Assembly (NCBI GenBank): GCA_026023565.1
Contig: JAPETS010000037.1
Location: forward strand, 186,001 to 250,000
Reading direction: 5' to 3'
Source of the DNA: Cirrosporium novae-zelandiae
Lineage: Eukaryota
Length of the DNA: 64,000 bases
Part shown: one piece after another, positions 48,582 through 62,235 of the stretch
Layout: every line of letters begins with the position of its first letter
Numbering within the stretch: position 1 is the stretch's first letter
Program-made: the position numbers and the translations under genes
The notes under the pieces: generated by a model
The model's database searches: none
Seen by the model: only the letters and a program-made list of their open reading frames with translations
What the model was told of the DNA's origin: nothing

Positions 48582-49396
48582 TTAAGCTTTCCCTTTCTTC
48601 TTCTTATCTTTCTTCTTACTTTCATTCCCACTGCCTGGATCGGTTTGACCTTGTTGAGCCGACACCTCACGGATCATATCCTTCATAAAATTGTCACTGA
48701 CCCCTCCTCCGCTAAGTGCTGGTGAGTGCAAGGGTAGTATGGAAGGCATTTTCCATCCTCGTGGAATTTCCGGCTTTACTATAGGCTTCTCTGAAACCGG
48801 CATCCCAATGAAACGTAAACGAAGGGCGGTCTCTTCTGTAGTTGGTTGTGCTTGGAGATGCTTGGCTACTAATTGAAAGAGATGATGTTCTGTGAAATAC
48901 AAAAGTTGTCAGCAGACAATTCTCCCGATACACACCATGTGGCCATACTATTCCTGACTCTCGAGTTCAGTAGTCTCCCATTTTCTTTCAGTAATACCTT
49001 GACACGGCCAGGATTACTCCAGTCTTTCGGATGCATTTTGCCCGGTTCAAACTGGGCACGTAAACCAAGGAGTTCCACGGCATCCAATATCTCTTTGGCT
49101 AATGGGTTCTCCACAGCTAATTCATATCCAACTCGGCGTCCTCCAACCTTAGACCTTGTTTTGTCAAAATATATCGGGTACAAACATTGCCAGTGTTTGA
49201 TTTTTTCAGCATCGGCAGCGGAAGCGGCTCGAAGGTGCTGTGCTTGAGCCTGAGGAGGTAAGGAACTAGAAGCTGGAAAGTTGGTAGGAGATAATTGCGA
49301 GGACTGATTTGGGAGAAATCCAGGATCAAAATCAGAGGGATCCATTTCCTCGGGATCTGAGTCGGAAACTTCTTCTATACGGGCGTGGTGAGACAT
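48582..49396 (-). CDS. SEC65: Signal recognition particle subunit Sec65/SRP19
   Basis: WQCLYPIYFDKTRS..GRRV...AVENPLA..HPKDWSNPGRVKV; intron 48890-48948; Lys-rich C-terminus. Confidence 0.95.
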
Positions 49397-50713
49397 TATG
49401 TTTGTAAGTTAAGACGCTTGTTGGTGAAATTGATTAGTGGAAGCACACAGCATGAGATTCGAAATAATAAACTAATTATGAGATATTGTGGGGTAACGTG
49501 GGTAACAAACAAACAAAAAAGCGTGGGAGAAAGTTATGCCATTGAAGGTTCATAAAAATAAAGTAGATTACTGTATTGGCTGTATTTATGTGCATTGTGC
49601 TAATTAATTAGCGAGATAACTACCTACTCGAGTAGGTACCGAGTAACATGTATGTATTTTAAGTACTTGTCCAGTCGCTTGCTTACTTTTTATATATTAT
49701 TTAATTTAATAAAAAATCAAGAGACATCACATCATAACCTTTTTCTTCTCCTGACTTTTTCCCCTTTTCTCCCTTCTTCTTCTTGTTATTCGTGTTTGCT
49801 ATAGTTCAAGGGGTATTATTCTGTTGACTTTATTAATATAGAAGAGATGAAAAGACCTGCAGGTATCCTAAATATCCAGAGTGTTGACAAATCAATGTCC
49901 TCGACAGTGGCCTCGACAGTGGCTTTCAACTAAGGCAGGCACTGCATATTCGAGCGTGATGACTAAATATTAGCGCGCTTTCGAGGTATAGAGATTGGTT
50001 CTTCAAATCACCGGGGAAGGTCGTCTAAGCAAGACAGCGTCAAGTTCTAACCTCTCAGGTTGCTTTTGTAAATTCGGGTTATCGCATCATACACAAGACT
50101 ATATTAGTTGCTCTTGGATAAAAAAGACGAAAAAACCTATTTTGATTTCCTTAATTCTCACTCTTCGGCTTCCCGTTTATCAACCCATCGGCATGCCGTG
50201 CATCACGGTCCTCCAATTCAAGTCTGTCGAACTAGCCATTCAATCTCACTATGCTTCTCTTCCAATGTCATCTCTCCTGTGCTTGTACTACTACGATCTA
50301 AGAGAAGGATGTCGTCTTGTGTGGTGAGATTTTGCCACAAATAAATGATCATGGAGTCGCTTTTGTTGCTTCTTTTTCTCTATTTCGATCATGAGACTCC
50401 TTTGGTCTCCTTCTCAATCCCCTACTTTCTTATTTTGTTTTATCCCTGTTCAGGACCTAATACTGGCTGTGATCCTTGTTGAACTTTAGCTGTCTGCGCC
50501 CCCTTCATTTCTATATTGGTTTCGTAGCACTTGAGTTGCCCATATTCCTCTAGGTCTACTTAAAGGCTTCATGTCCAGGCGAGGGAAGAGGCGAATGAGT
50601 GCATACACGCCTCGGTTGTTTCCTAAGTCTGATCTCGTTCTAGGGCTTTAGCCACTCAAGAATCCCTTGTCAGTTACAAACTTGCAAAACGCTTAGGTAC
50701 GGCGGACTCCATC

Positions 50714-52295
50714 ATGCCTACCAGATCCAACGACGAAGATTTCGAGTCCGTGGAGGGTCTATATGCCGCTCAACCTACTGCAGTCTTAACAGCGAACCTT
50801 TCACCGACGGCTAGACGCCCGCCTATGATCGATTACTGCTTGGGTAGCTACATATACTTCAAACATAGGCCTCGGTTGCTCAATGCCTCAGGCGGCGCAG
50901 GTGTGTCCTGCCTCGGTGATGGTAATGCTCGAGTCAGAGCCGCAATGATTTCACAAATCGATCGAGGTCCCTATGCGCATGCCGCGTTCTTTCCGTCATA
51001 TCCATTCGAAGCCCTGACAGCCTATTTGGTTGAGACAACACATGGCCATATGGAACGAGCAGCGATCTTTAACTCGGGTATTTCAAACGTGGTCTTACTT
51101 CCCTACTACGTTGACTGACAAGTTTATAGGATCTGAAACCACGGAGGCTGCCATAAAACTGGCCAGACAGTATTTTGTAGAAATCGGAGAGCCAAAGCGG
51201 CTCAATTTCATCGCACGTCACGGTTCCTATCATGGCATAACCATCGGAGCTCTCTCGATTAGTGGCCACCCTACCCGACGATCTCTCTTTGAGGAAATGC
51301 TCCTCGAAAATGTTTCACTCGTTTCATCATGCAATCCATACCGCGGCCTTCTCCCAGGTGAGAACTTAGAACAATATGTTAAACGACTGCAACAGGAACT
51401 GGACGACGAATTCAAAAGCCTCGGTCCAGAAACCGTCTGTGCCTTTGTCGTAGAACCTATCGTTGGTGCCGTGCGTGTCCCAATAACCCCACCTTGATCT
51501 TAATGATACCTAACATGTCCCTCAATCTAGGCCCTCGGCTGCGTCGGTCCTGTTCCTGGCTACTTCGCAGCCATGAAATCCGTCTGCGACAAATACGGCG
51601 CCCTTTTAATTTTTGACGAAGTCATGTGCGGATTAGGTCGCACAGGAACCCTGCACGCCTGGGAACAAGACGATATCGACATCGCTCCTGATATCCAAAT
51701 GATTGGCAAAGGCCTCGCAGGGGGCTACCAGCCGGTATCAGGGATCCTTGCCAGCTCGCGCGTTGTCGAGGGCCTTAGAAATGGCTCTGGTGCCTTCTCT
51801 CACGGTCAGACGTTTCAGGGGCACCCCTTGTGCTGTGCCGCAGCGCTGGAGGTCCAGCACGTTATTCGCGACGAGAACCTTGTCGCTTCCGTGAAACGAA
51901 GGGGCCGCCTCCTAGGAGACGCGCTAAGGGAAAACCTGTCCTCCCATCCCCACGTGGGTAACATCCGAGGCCGCGGCTTCTTGTGGGGTATCGAATTTGT
52001 CAAGGACAAGAGCACAAAAACTCCTTTCCCCCAATCACTAAATATCGCCCAACGAGTACGGAGGCATGCGGAGGATGCCCACAACATCGCCATTTATTGT
52101 GGCACCGGATCCGCAGACGGGATCAACGGAGACCACATCATGATCATGCCGCCCTTTAATATCGAACAGGAAGATTTTGAGGAGATAGTCCCGCGAGTGC
52201 GACGCACAATTGAAGATGTGTTTAACGAAGAGGAATTCCAATCCTTAGAAAAGAAACCTGTAGAGGAAGATGGCCCCTCTCGCTGTGATAGATAG
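50714..52295 (+). CDS. Class III PLP-dependent aminotransferase (substrate unknown)
   Basis: Introns 51078-51129 and 51471-51530. SGSETTEAAIKLARQY, SYHGIT, EPIVGA, FDEVMCGLGRTG, PDIQMIGKGL (PLP Lys), HGQTFQGHP, RGRG. Confidence 0.92.
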
Positions 52296-53554
52296 TAATA
52301 TAAACCTGTCTAGCCTCAATAATAAAAATGACGCTTCCTTTAACGAGCAGCTGGAGAAATATTGACTACTATCTTACCTACTCTATTAGAAACAAAGATC
52401 CTGAGATGAAGGGTAATGGTGCATTCATAAATGACCAAATAGAGTTTCGATACCGAGGGACAAACTTCATACGTGCATGTAGACTAATACCATAGGTAGA
52501 TATGTGTAACCAGCCTCCCGTCTTGATAATCTATCCCAACCGGATTCAAAATCCACCAAAGAAAAATCTACAAAGGAACCCGACAAAACTTGAAACCAAA
52601 GCCACCAAAAGCTAGAACCCAGAATCTTATTCCAATTCCTATTCCTACCTATCAGCCTTCCGTGCCAATAGATAGCATTTATCAATCTACCCCCCTCTCC
52701 CTCTCTCGCTCCCTCCCCCTGTCAACCACTGAACCTCTAGAAACAAACCAATAATAGCTATATCATTAATCAATCAATTATCCATCAATCACACGTATGT
52801 ATTTCATTTCTTCTATCGATTTCTATAATATATATATAAAAGAAAAGAGCCACAATGTTTTTTCCCCTTTTGGTCCACTCCCCGCTCCCCTCTAGGGAAA
52901 AGACCAACCCATCACCTAACCTCACTTCCCCCCTAAGTATTAAATAAAAACAATAAATAATCGTAGTCACGGTTGATACCTTTTTGCCTTTGTTTTCTGT
53001 GTCGGATCCATTTGTTTTGCTTTGTCTTGCGTTTCTTTCGGTCCATCTATCTATCTATCAATAGATAAGTGGATGGGCGAATGGATGGATGAATATCATT
53101 TGAATTATATATATTCCTCCCTTTATCCCTCCCCCCCCCTCTCCCCCCAAAAACAAGGGACAAGGGGAAGAAAGATTTAAAAAGAAAACTCGCGTAAAAA
53201 CTCTCCATAAAAACGCCTTTATCCTTTTTTTTCTCATATGACATGATCGAAAACCTGTAATCCTGAACGCCATGCTTGATTCACAACATGTTAAAAAAGA
53301 GGATTAAAAAAAGGTATCATAGGATCCAACCCAATTTATCCAGGCACAGCAATAGCACGGCTCGGTTCAATTTTCTTCGCCGGGGGAAGAAAAATAATAA
53401 TAATCTTGTTTCCTCTTTACGAGGATTCTGTCTGTCTCTTTCATACAAACACGAGTTACATGGAAAAGGAATTCAAGGTATTCCTTCCCATCTGTAAAGT
53501 TTCCCAGTCCGGCCCCAGCCGCTGATTTTCTATTTTCTTTGGTTTTGGGGATTT

Positions 53555-55364
53555 TCAACCCTGTTTCAGCTTTAGCAAGGCCCTCGTCAACGTCTTCTTC
53601 TCTTTCCCGTCGGCTTCCATCACGACAAGTAAATCCCGCATCTGGAGGCCCTCGCCTTTCCGACCATCTTCTCTGAATTCGCCAATTCTGCTTCCGGTTC
53701 CTGGCGGGAGACCACCTGGCCCTGCGTTTCCCTTAGGCGTGCTGGTTCCGCTACCGGATCCCACATTAGTGTTCAATCTTCCCATTCCCACACCTGTTCC
53801 AAATCCACTGCCTGGTGCCTTCTTTGCTTTGTTCAGCCAGTCGTATTTCTTTGATGTGATTCCTCCTAATGCCATTGCTACTGTCGCATTTGTGTGTTCA
53901 TGCTGTTGTGCTTCTGTAGCACGAAGTTCGGCTTGTCGCTTCAACTCTTTCTTTGTTGGCTTTTTGTACTCTAAAGCGTCAGGAGCAATGAGGCCAGGAC
54001 CACCAGGTGTACCAGGTGTACCGGGTGTGGAGATGGAATTTGCACGAGAAGGTGCTCCATCAGCGGGAGCACTTGAGGTACGGCGGTTTCTGCGAGCAAT
54101 TCGAGCTTCCTCAAAATTGCGAGCAGTACTTGTGAGAGAACGGAGGGTAGAAGCGAGGGCATTAGGTAATGAAATAGGATTAGACTGTGCTCTCGGAGTA
54201 GTCGCGGAACGGATATTAGCTTCAGAATGTGTGCCTGTAAAGTCTGTCAGAGAAGAATAGACAAGCACAGTGAGATATCATACGCTTCAGAGTATTGGAT
54301 TTGGGGCTCATGGCACTGTCCCAGCCACCCTTTGCTGTTGAAGCTGTTTGAGCATCCGCACCACCTTCAAGAGCAAGATCTGTCCATTCAGCAGGTACAA
54401 CTCCCTGGGAGCCCGTTTGTCGGCCCTTAGCGAGTGCAGCGGCATCTTCAACTAGACCTCGCACGTGTTCTTCGCATGCAAGAGATAAAAGTGAAATGAT
54501 ATCAACTAGAGGGGAGTTTCGGTCAACGATGGCTTCACCCTTATAGATTGTAATGACGGAGCCATCCGGGGATTCAACATCCGCTGATGGATATTTTCCG
54601 TCATTTAGTTTTGTTGCATGAAAAACTGTGTTAGGACCCGGAGGTTGGGCACCATGTTTATAGGTTATGTCCCTAATCTTCTTGTCAAGAGGACGTCCAT
54701 CAAGAAAAGGATAGTTGAGATGGTATTGGCGTCTTTCGGCAAGCTTCCGTTCCGCTATCCTTTTTTGCTCTTGTGCGATCTCTTCCGGGGATTTGTATGG
54801 TACCGCCGGTTGGTTGTATGGGCCTGCACCGTAGAACGTATTTGCTGGTCCAGGCTGATATATCGAAGCGTATTCTTGGAAGCTACCTCCTGAAGGTATA
54901 CCATTACTTGAACCTTGGGACAGAAAAGAGCCAGCGTTTGTATTAAACGAGTTTGCATTGAAAGAAGTTTGATTATATTGCATATTCGAATTAAGGTATG
55001 GCTGAGTAAGAAGAGCTTCTTCCTCTCGTAAGTCGACACCAGATGAGGCCAGCACATCCGCAAGCTCGGTGGTATCTGTAGCCTTCTCGTTTGGTCTTGA
55101 AGGTGGACCCATACTTCCAGGACCTGATGAAGTGTTCATATTTTGTGGTGGAGCATTGAACCCGTTTACCGTATTTCCATTATTGGGCAGTTGAGGATGA
55201 GAAAAGCTTGGTGAGCTATAGGGGGACTGCATCTGAGGTTTTGGTGAGAGACGCTGTCGTTTGTTAGGTGGGAGAAAGCTTCCAGCTGGCGAACCGGCGC
55301 GTGGCGATGGAGCTGCAGAGGGAGGAGAATATGACCGTGGCGGGTAATGCTGAGCCTGCGCCAT
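53555..55364 (-). CDS. TAF4: TFIID subunit TAF4 (histone fold)
   Basis: DVLASSGVDLREEE, LSLACEEHVRGLVEDA, TNATVAMALGG..KKYDWL, QMRDLLVVMEAD. Intron 54235-54283. First ATG at 55364. Confidence 0.88.
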
Positions 55365-55494
55365 GGCGATGGTTGTGGAAGGTGAGGTAGTATTAAAAGA
55401 GGAGGTAGTTGGTTTGATTTTGTGTTTGGTTTTGGTTTTGGTTGAGAGTCCGAGGGGTTGTCTTGTCGCGAAAGTGAATGCGATCGGCCCTCTT

Positions 55495-55503
55495 GTCACG
55501 TGA
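55495..55503. promoter_or_regulatory. Cbf1/bHLH-type site GTCACGTGA in the TAF4-YSH1 bidirectional promoter
   Basis: Exact RTCACGTG match within a 425-bp divergent intergenic region. Confidence 0.5.
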
Positions 55504-55789
55504 TTATAACTTAAAGTCGCGAAGCTTGAGGTCACTTTCAGGTCCTATTGAGATTACTCTATTACAATAGAGACCAGTAGAGAATAATAACACCCGTCTT
55601 TTAATTGACATTTCTGGCCACCTATTGTCTGATCCTGGATTCATCTAACCTTCTGGTTTACTACATATCATTCATCAAAAATTAGCTATTGTCAGAAACA
55701 AGCAACAGCTCTCCGTTCGCGTAAAGATCTTCCAGATTCTCCATTTTACCACCTTAGCAGTTGTTTTGCGATCCCGCCGCGAATGGATA

Positions 55790-58478
55790 ATGGCTACAAA
55801 GAGAAAACACTCGACACTATCCCCGATGGTCGATGGGGAGCCAGTAGATCCTTCCGATGAGCTCATCTTCTACTGCTTAGGAGGAGGGAATGAGGTTGGG
55901 CGATCATGTCATATAATACAATACAAGGGCAAGACTGTCATGGTTAGATAATATATCCTCTTGTTCAGTTCTCTATCTAATTATTCTAATTTGTAGCTTG
56001 ACGCCGGAATGCACCCTGCTTATGAAGGTTACTCCGCCTTGCCTTTCTACGATGAATTTGATCTCAGTACCGTGGACGTACTTCTGATCAGCCATTTCCA
56101 TGTTGACCATGCCGCATCCCTCCCTTATGTTCTGGCCAAGACTAATTTCAGAGGCCGGGTATTTATGACCCATCCGACGAAAGCGATATACAAGTGGCTC
56201 ATCCAGGACAGTGTTCGTGTCTCTAATACGTCTTCTTCTTCCGAACAACGAATACAACTTTATACAGAAGCCGATCATCTGTCCACTTTCCCTAGGATTG
56301 AGGCTATAGATTACTACACTACTCATACTATCTCGTCAATCCGTATCACTCCGTACCCTGCTGGACATGTTCTAGGTGCAGCCATGTTCCTTATTGAGAT
56401 TGCAGGCCTGAAGATCTTATTCACAGGAGACTATTCACGGGAAGATGACCGTCACTTGATCTCAGCTGAAGTACCCAAGAACGTCAAAATTGATGTCTTG
56501 ATTACTGAAAGCACGTACGGGATCGCCTCTCACATACCAAGAGTTGAGCGAGAAAGCGCTTTAATGAAGAGTGTGACAGGAATCTTGAATCGAGGAGGTC
56601 GGGTTCTAATGCCCGTTTTTGCTCTTGGTCGCGCTCAAGAGCTTCTGCTAATCCTTGATGAATACTGGGCGCGGCATCAGGAGTATCAGAAGATTCCGAT
56701 TTATTATGCTTCAAACTTGGCTCGCAAATGCATGGTGGTTTACCAAACGTATGTTGGGGCCATGAACGACAATATCAAACGCCTCTTCCGCCAACGCATG
56801 GCAGAAGCGGAGTCTGCGGGGGATGTTGGTAAAGGAGGCCCTTGGGATTTCAGGTTTGTCCGGAGTTTGAAGAATCTAGACAGGTTTGATGATGTTGGTG
56901 GCTGCGTCATGCTCGCAAGTCCGGGTATGTTACAGAACGGTGTTAGTCGAGAACTTCTAGAAAGATGGGCTCCGAACGAGCGAAATGGGGTGATTGTTAC
57001 AGGCTACAGTGTTGAAGGTACAATGGCCAAGTTGATCATGAATGAGCCCGAAAGTATTCAAGCAGTCATGACTGCTAGCCGTAGTGCAGCTGGGGGACGA
57101 TTAAGGGCACCAGGTCAAGGTAGCGATTCAGACAGAGTGATGATACCAAGACGATGTAGCGTACAAGAACTAAGTTTTGCTGCTCATGTCGATGGTCAGG
57201 AAAATCGAGAATTTATCGAAGGGGTTGCAGCTCCTGTTGTGGTCAGTAAATCTTCTTCCTATCAAATTCGTATGTCTAATAAAGCGTTCCAGATCCTTGT
57301 TCATGGTGAAAAGCACAACATGATGAGGCTGAAATCGAAACTTCTAAGTCTCAATTCAGACAAAGCGTCGAAAGTCAAAGTCTACAGTCCTGCGAATTGC
57401 GAAGAGCTAAGAATACCTTTCAAGGCTGACAAAATCGCCAAAGTGGTCGGCAGGCTGGCCGAAATAACCCCTCCGAAAAACGAGCATGATGAACGTAGAT
57501 TGATTACCGGTGTCCTGGTTCAGAATGATTTCAAACTATCGCTGATGGCACCAGACGACTTGCGAGAATATGCAGGCCTCACTACGACTACTATTATGTG
57601 CAAGCAACGGTTGACGCTTCGAGCTGCTGGCATAGAGCTGATTAGATGGGCTCTTGAAGGTACCTTCGGCGCTATCGAGGAGATTGGAGATTCTAAGAAA
57701 TCCAATGGCGAAATCCAAGTAAATGGCAACGGAGTCTCTCACGGTCACGAGGCCGCAGATGAAGAAATCGATCGATATCCAGGAACAGCTACTTATTTAA
57801 TTATGGGTTGCGTTATCGTGCGATATAGCAATGGAGGAGAAATTGAAGTGGAATGGGAAGGGAACATGTTAAATGATGGTATTGCTGATGCAGTCATGGC
57901 AGTATTGTTTACAGTTGAAAGCAGCCCTGCTGCAGTGAAACGTAAGTACCGTTGAGTATAATTTTCTGATCGGGCTATACTAATGGATTATGTGACCAGA
58001 TTCATCAAAAATGCATACTCATAATCACCGAAACCTCCACGCCAATGTTACCCCCGAGGAAAGATTCTCACGTCTGTGCATGTTTCTGGAAGCGCAATTT
58101 GGATCCTCAATCATACCTATTGAACGTCCCAAACTAAAGCCTAAAGAGGTGACCAATGGAGATGGGATTAAGATGGAAGAAATTGAGGATGGGGATAATC
58201 TAGAAGACCTAGAAGCCGAGGAAATGGAAAGACTCCATAGTCTTGGAATCCCAGTTCCCGGGGTCGAAATCAAGGTGGACAAGCATGTGGCTAAGGTCTG
58301 GTTGGAAACATTGGAAGTCGAGTGTTCATATGGTGTTTTGAGGGATCGGGTCAAGGCAGTTATCGAGCGAGCCGTGGAAACGGTTGCTCCTTTATGGGGT
58401 CAAAAGGACACATACGAAGCTGTAGTCGATGGGTTTCAGCAAAAGCAAAGCTTTGTATCACACCGATATGACTTATGA
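55790..58478 (+). CDS. YSH1: Pre-mRNA 3'-end endonuclease Ysh1/CPSF73 (beta-CASP)
   Basis: GGGNEVGRSC, SHFHVDH, AGHVLGAAMF, FTGDYSRE, ESTYG, FALGRAQE, SFAAH, ILVHGE. Introns 55943-55996, 57242-57292 and 57942-57999. Confidence 0.97.
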
Positions 58479-59450
58479 TAGGATTGGGTATTGTCCGGGA
58501 TAAAGACTGGCTGGTCGGCAATACAGAAAAAAGGTTTCTGTTATAATGTTAACACAAGGTTTACAGGCAGAGGAAGGCGAAAGGCGAAAAGGAGGTCAAG
58601 TAAGTAGGCGGTGTAAATAAATATTTGACCACGAGGGAGGGAGTCGTTCTACAAAGATGTGAAGAAGAAGAAACTTCAAAGTAATAAATGATCAAATCCC
58701 CTCGTGTTCATATGTCTGTTGGGTTAATTATATCAATGTTGAAAGATGATTGGGTTGGATGTTCAACTAATATGGATATTGGTACAGCACATGTCATTGA
58801 TTAATTGATAGTAGATAACTGGGTACTCTTGTACAGTAGGTAGTAGATAGGTAATAATTAAAGATCATAAAAGTCCCACATCGAAAGCTCTTTTTTTTAT
58901 TTCTTTTTTTCTTTTTTTCTTCTTCCTGGTCGTCTAGGTTTGATATATCTAATTCTTTGGGAGGGGCTTCTCGGGAGCTTTTTAGAATTGATTTTTTGGC
59001 TTTTCTTTTTGATTTTCTGGCGCGTCAGCAATGAGGTCAACTGATGGTGAATTTGCCTGATTTGCACAAGCGAAAGATAGTAGAATAGTAGATTAGTTTT
59101 GGATCGACGAATGAATCCATCTCACAAGTCGATTATTGTCTACTCGAGTATGAAAAGAGCCGTAGGAGCCCACCGGTTGGAGGTATAGTGATGATGATGG
59201 TGAAGTAGATTTTTTAGAACTTTCTTACAGGTTGCCCCAATGGTCCCTTAACACAGTAAAACTTAAGTGCCCTGCTTTTTCTATAGTCTGCCTGGCCCTG
59301 TCTGTCCTTCTACCTTTTTGCCCTGTCTGGTCTGTCTGGTCTGTTCTGTCAGTTGGTGTCTTTACAAATCTATCTGTAAAACCTTTGGCTTTAACACCAT
59401 AGACCCATTCACCCACCCAATTCAAAATCCTCCGGGCCTATTGTTCACCA

Positions 59451-59491
59451 CCCATCGCCCATCGCCCATCGCCCATCGCCCATCGCCCATC
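59451..59491 (+). repeat. Heptanucleotide tandem repeat (CCCATCG) x about 5.8
   Basis: cccatcgcccatcgcccatcgcccatcgcccatcgcccatc, upstream of the LAMMER kinase gene. Confidence 0.9.
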
Positions 59492-59995
59492 TAACCCCCC
59501 CCTCTCCCGGGCATTATTCATTCCCCCCCCCCCCCCAAAAAAACTGATCATATTATCCTTCAGCTTTGAAACTTCTACCGCTCTTGAATTTTCTTCTGGC
59601 TACCAATTCATTTCATCCATTATTCTAGTACCTCCTGGGAAGCTAGAATTGCGACTCCAAAATTGCTGTTCCTTATAAGAACTGCAGATTGATCCCGCCT
59701 TCAGCGGGCATGTCGTAAACCCTCCGGCCAGTGAAACGATAACACAACCCCCATCTGTGCACATTTTGCTCAGCTTGCCGAAAAGGACGCCATCAACAAC
59801 GAGGAGCAACTCCTGAGATCTCCAGTTGTCTTCTTCATCCTTTCTATCCATTCTACAGAGACTCCCCCCCCAAATGCCATCGCTCGCTTGTGAACCCCTT
59901 CAACAACGAACCCTATTGCTGTGACTTGGATCAACCCAGATCCGCAGACCCCACTGCATTGCAAACTTGAAGTCACTCAATTCATCAACTGAGAC

Positions 59996-62235
59996 ATGTC
60001 GACTCCCTCGACAGCCACCGCGACCATTCTTCCTCGCTATGGCCTTGACTATTCTCCCTATCAGCAGCCAAATCAATCTTATACTGCTCCTCAGCAAATG
60101 AAGTCATACCGATCCTTCCCTGACAACAACCTATCCACCATGCCGCGAATCACCCAATCTTCCAGACAGACAAACCAAACATCAACAATGACAAATTCTC
60201 AATCCGCTTCGGTGGTGTCAGAAAACCGAGGCAGAAGAAGAAATCCTACGGATTGGGCGGAATTCTATAAGAATGGATTACCAGAAGAAGTTATCGTGAT
60301 AGATGACGACACGCCACCTCCTTCGAATGGGGTGCAAGCCAACTATCCTCCAGTCTCGCAGCCAAATGGGAACGCGACGGCCACTGCAGGACAGCATGCT
60401 ACCAAGAAACGGAAGACGGCGGCATCTGCTGCCTACAATTCCACATATCAACCCGGTTACGCCTATCCCAACAGTTCGAATTCCGCGTCATACTCGGTTG
60501 ATCGAACCGCTTCCCTCCAAACCACCGCACCAACATCCTTGGGTTCTTATACAAGCAGTGGTGATTCTACAGCTTACGTTGACAACACGGCCGTTGGTCA
60601 AAAAAGGAAAAGGGTGACACGAAAGACGACACGAGATGAGGCAAAGAGGAGAGAGCTTGAACAGGCAAATGCTTTGAACGAATACGTACCTCCACCAAGG
60701 CCTCCTATCAAGGCCAGGGAAGTCCATGTGCCCAAGATTCCAGATGTAAGCCGTTTCCAACATTCCGTCCTTCTCATCTAATAAGGCGTAGGTTTACCAC
60801 AGCAAAAAGGATCAGCATGATGATGATGACGGTCACTATATTGTACAGCCTGATACAGATTTGACCGATAGATGTAAGTTTATATCGAATCCACGCTTCT
60901 TTTAACCCCTCTTTTCCGTTATCTGATTTGAAATAATTTTTGACCATCTCTGTTAGATGCTGTTTCACGATTACTTGGTCAAGGCACTTTCGGGAAAGTT
61001 GTTGAGGCTTGGGATAAAAGGAGAAAAACCAAGGTTGCCATAAAGATCATTCGATCAGTACAAAAATATCGAGATGCCTCGAGGATTGAACTCCGAGTCC
61101 TCTCAACGCTAGCTTCCAACGACAAGGAAAACCGGAATAAATGCATCCATCTTCGAGATTGTTTCGATTTTCGAGATCACATTTGTATCGTCACCGACCT
61201 ACTGGGGCAGAGTGTTTTTGATTTCCTGAAATCAAATGCATTTGTTCCTTTTCCAAGCAGCCATATTCAAAGCTTTGCACGACAGCTTTTGACAAGTGTT
61301 GCCTGTAAGTTGAATCCTGGGACACTTTACATTCATTTACTAATTAATTGATTCGACAGTCCTACATGACCTTAATCTCATCCACACCGATCTTAAACCA
61401 GAGAATATTCTTCTAGTCAGTAATGCTTATCAGACCTTTACTTATCACAAAGTGATACCATCCTCCTCGACTACCACAAGGCGCCAGGCCGATTCCCGCA
61501 GAGTATTACTGGACCCGGAAATCCGATTAATTGATTTTGGCTCTGCAACGTTTAACGATGAATACCATTCATCTGTTGTTTCAACAAGACATTATCGGGC
61601 TCCCGAGATCATCCTACAACTTGGGTGGAGCTTTCCTTGCGACATTTGGAGCATTGGCTGCATTCTTGTTGAATTCTTCACCGGGGATGCTCTGTTCCAG
61701 ACACATGATAACCTGGAACATCTCGCCATGATGGAGGCGGTTGTCGGCTCGAAGATCGATACGAAACTGGTTCGACAGGTTCAACAAGGTGCAAGGAGCA
61801 GTAGTGGAAACCAGGCATCGAAGTAAGTTATTCCCTTTGGCATCGCTGCGTAATTACATTTATTAATTTGAGTAGATACTTTACGAGAGGACCAAAACTT
61901 GATTATCCCAATCATGAGACTACGAAAGCGTCGAAACGTTATGTCAAAGCCATGAAACGACTCCACGTAAGTAACACCCTGGTGCTTCCCATCAGTCTCT
62001 AATTGCCTTTTAGGAAACGATTCCAGCTACATCTGGATTCAACAAGCAATTTCTTGATTTACTACGAAAGATATTTGTGTACGATCCCAAATTGCGTATA
62101 ACCGCTAAAGACGCCCTGAAACATCCATGGTTCCGGGAGAGTATTATCGATGATGGCACGGAGGCAATCCGACTCCGGAATGAAGGGGAGCTTAAAAGAC
62201 AGCAAGGCGTTCAAGGGAGAGGCAGATTGGCATGA
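59996..62235 (+). CDS. KNS1: LAMMER (CLK-family) dual-specificity kinase, Kns1/Lkh1 orthologue
   Basis: [40 protein letters not shown] and EHLAMMEAV. Introns 60746-60791, 60874-60956, 61305-61359, 61823-61875, 61967-62013. Confidence 0.96.

Noticed and set aside
50400..50620. TPP riboswitch upstream of the aminotransferase
   Set aside because: Lacks the CTGAGA and GAAC(C/T)TGATC..GATAATACC core in the correct order.
16191..58478. Two metallo-beta-lactamase nucleases (TRZ1, YSH1) plus other RNA-processing genes as a functional cluster
   Set aside because: They are 36 kb apart and interspersed with unrelated genes; consistent with a housekeeping-rich region.
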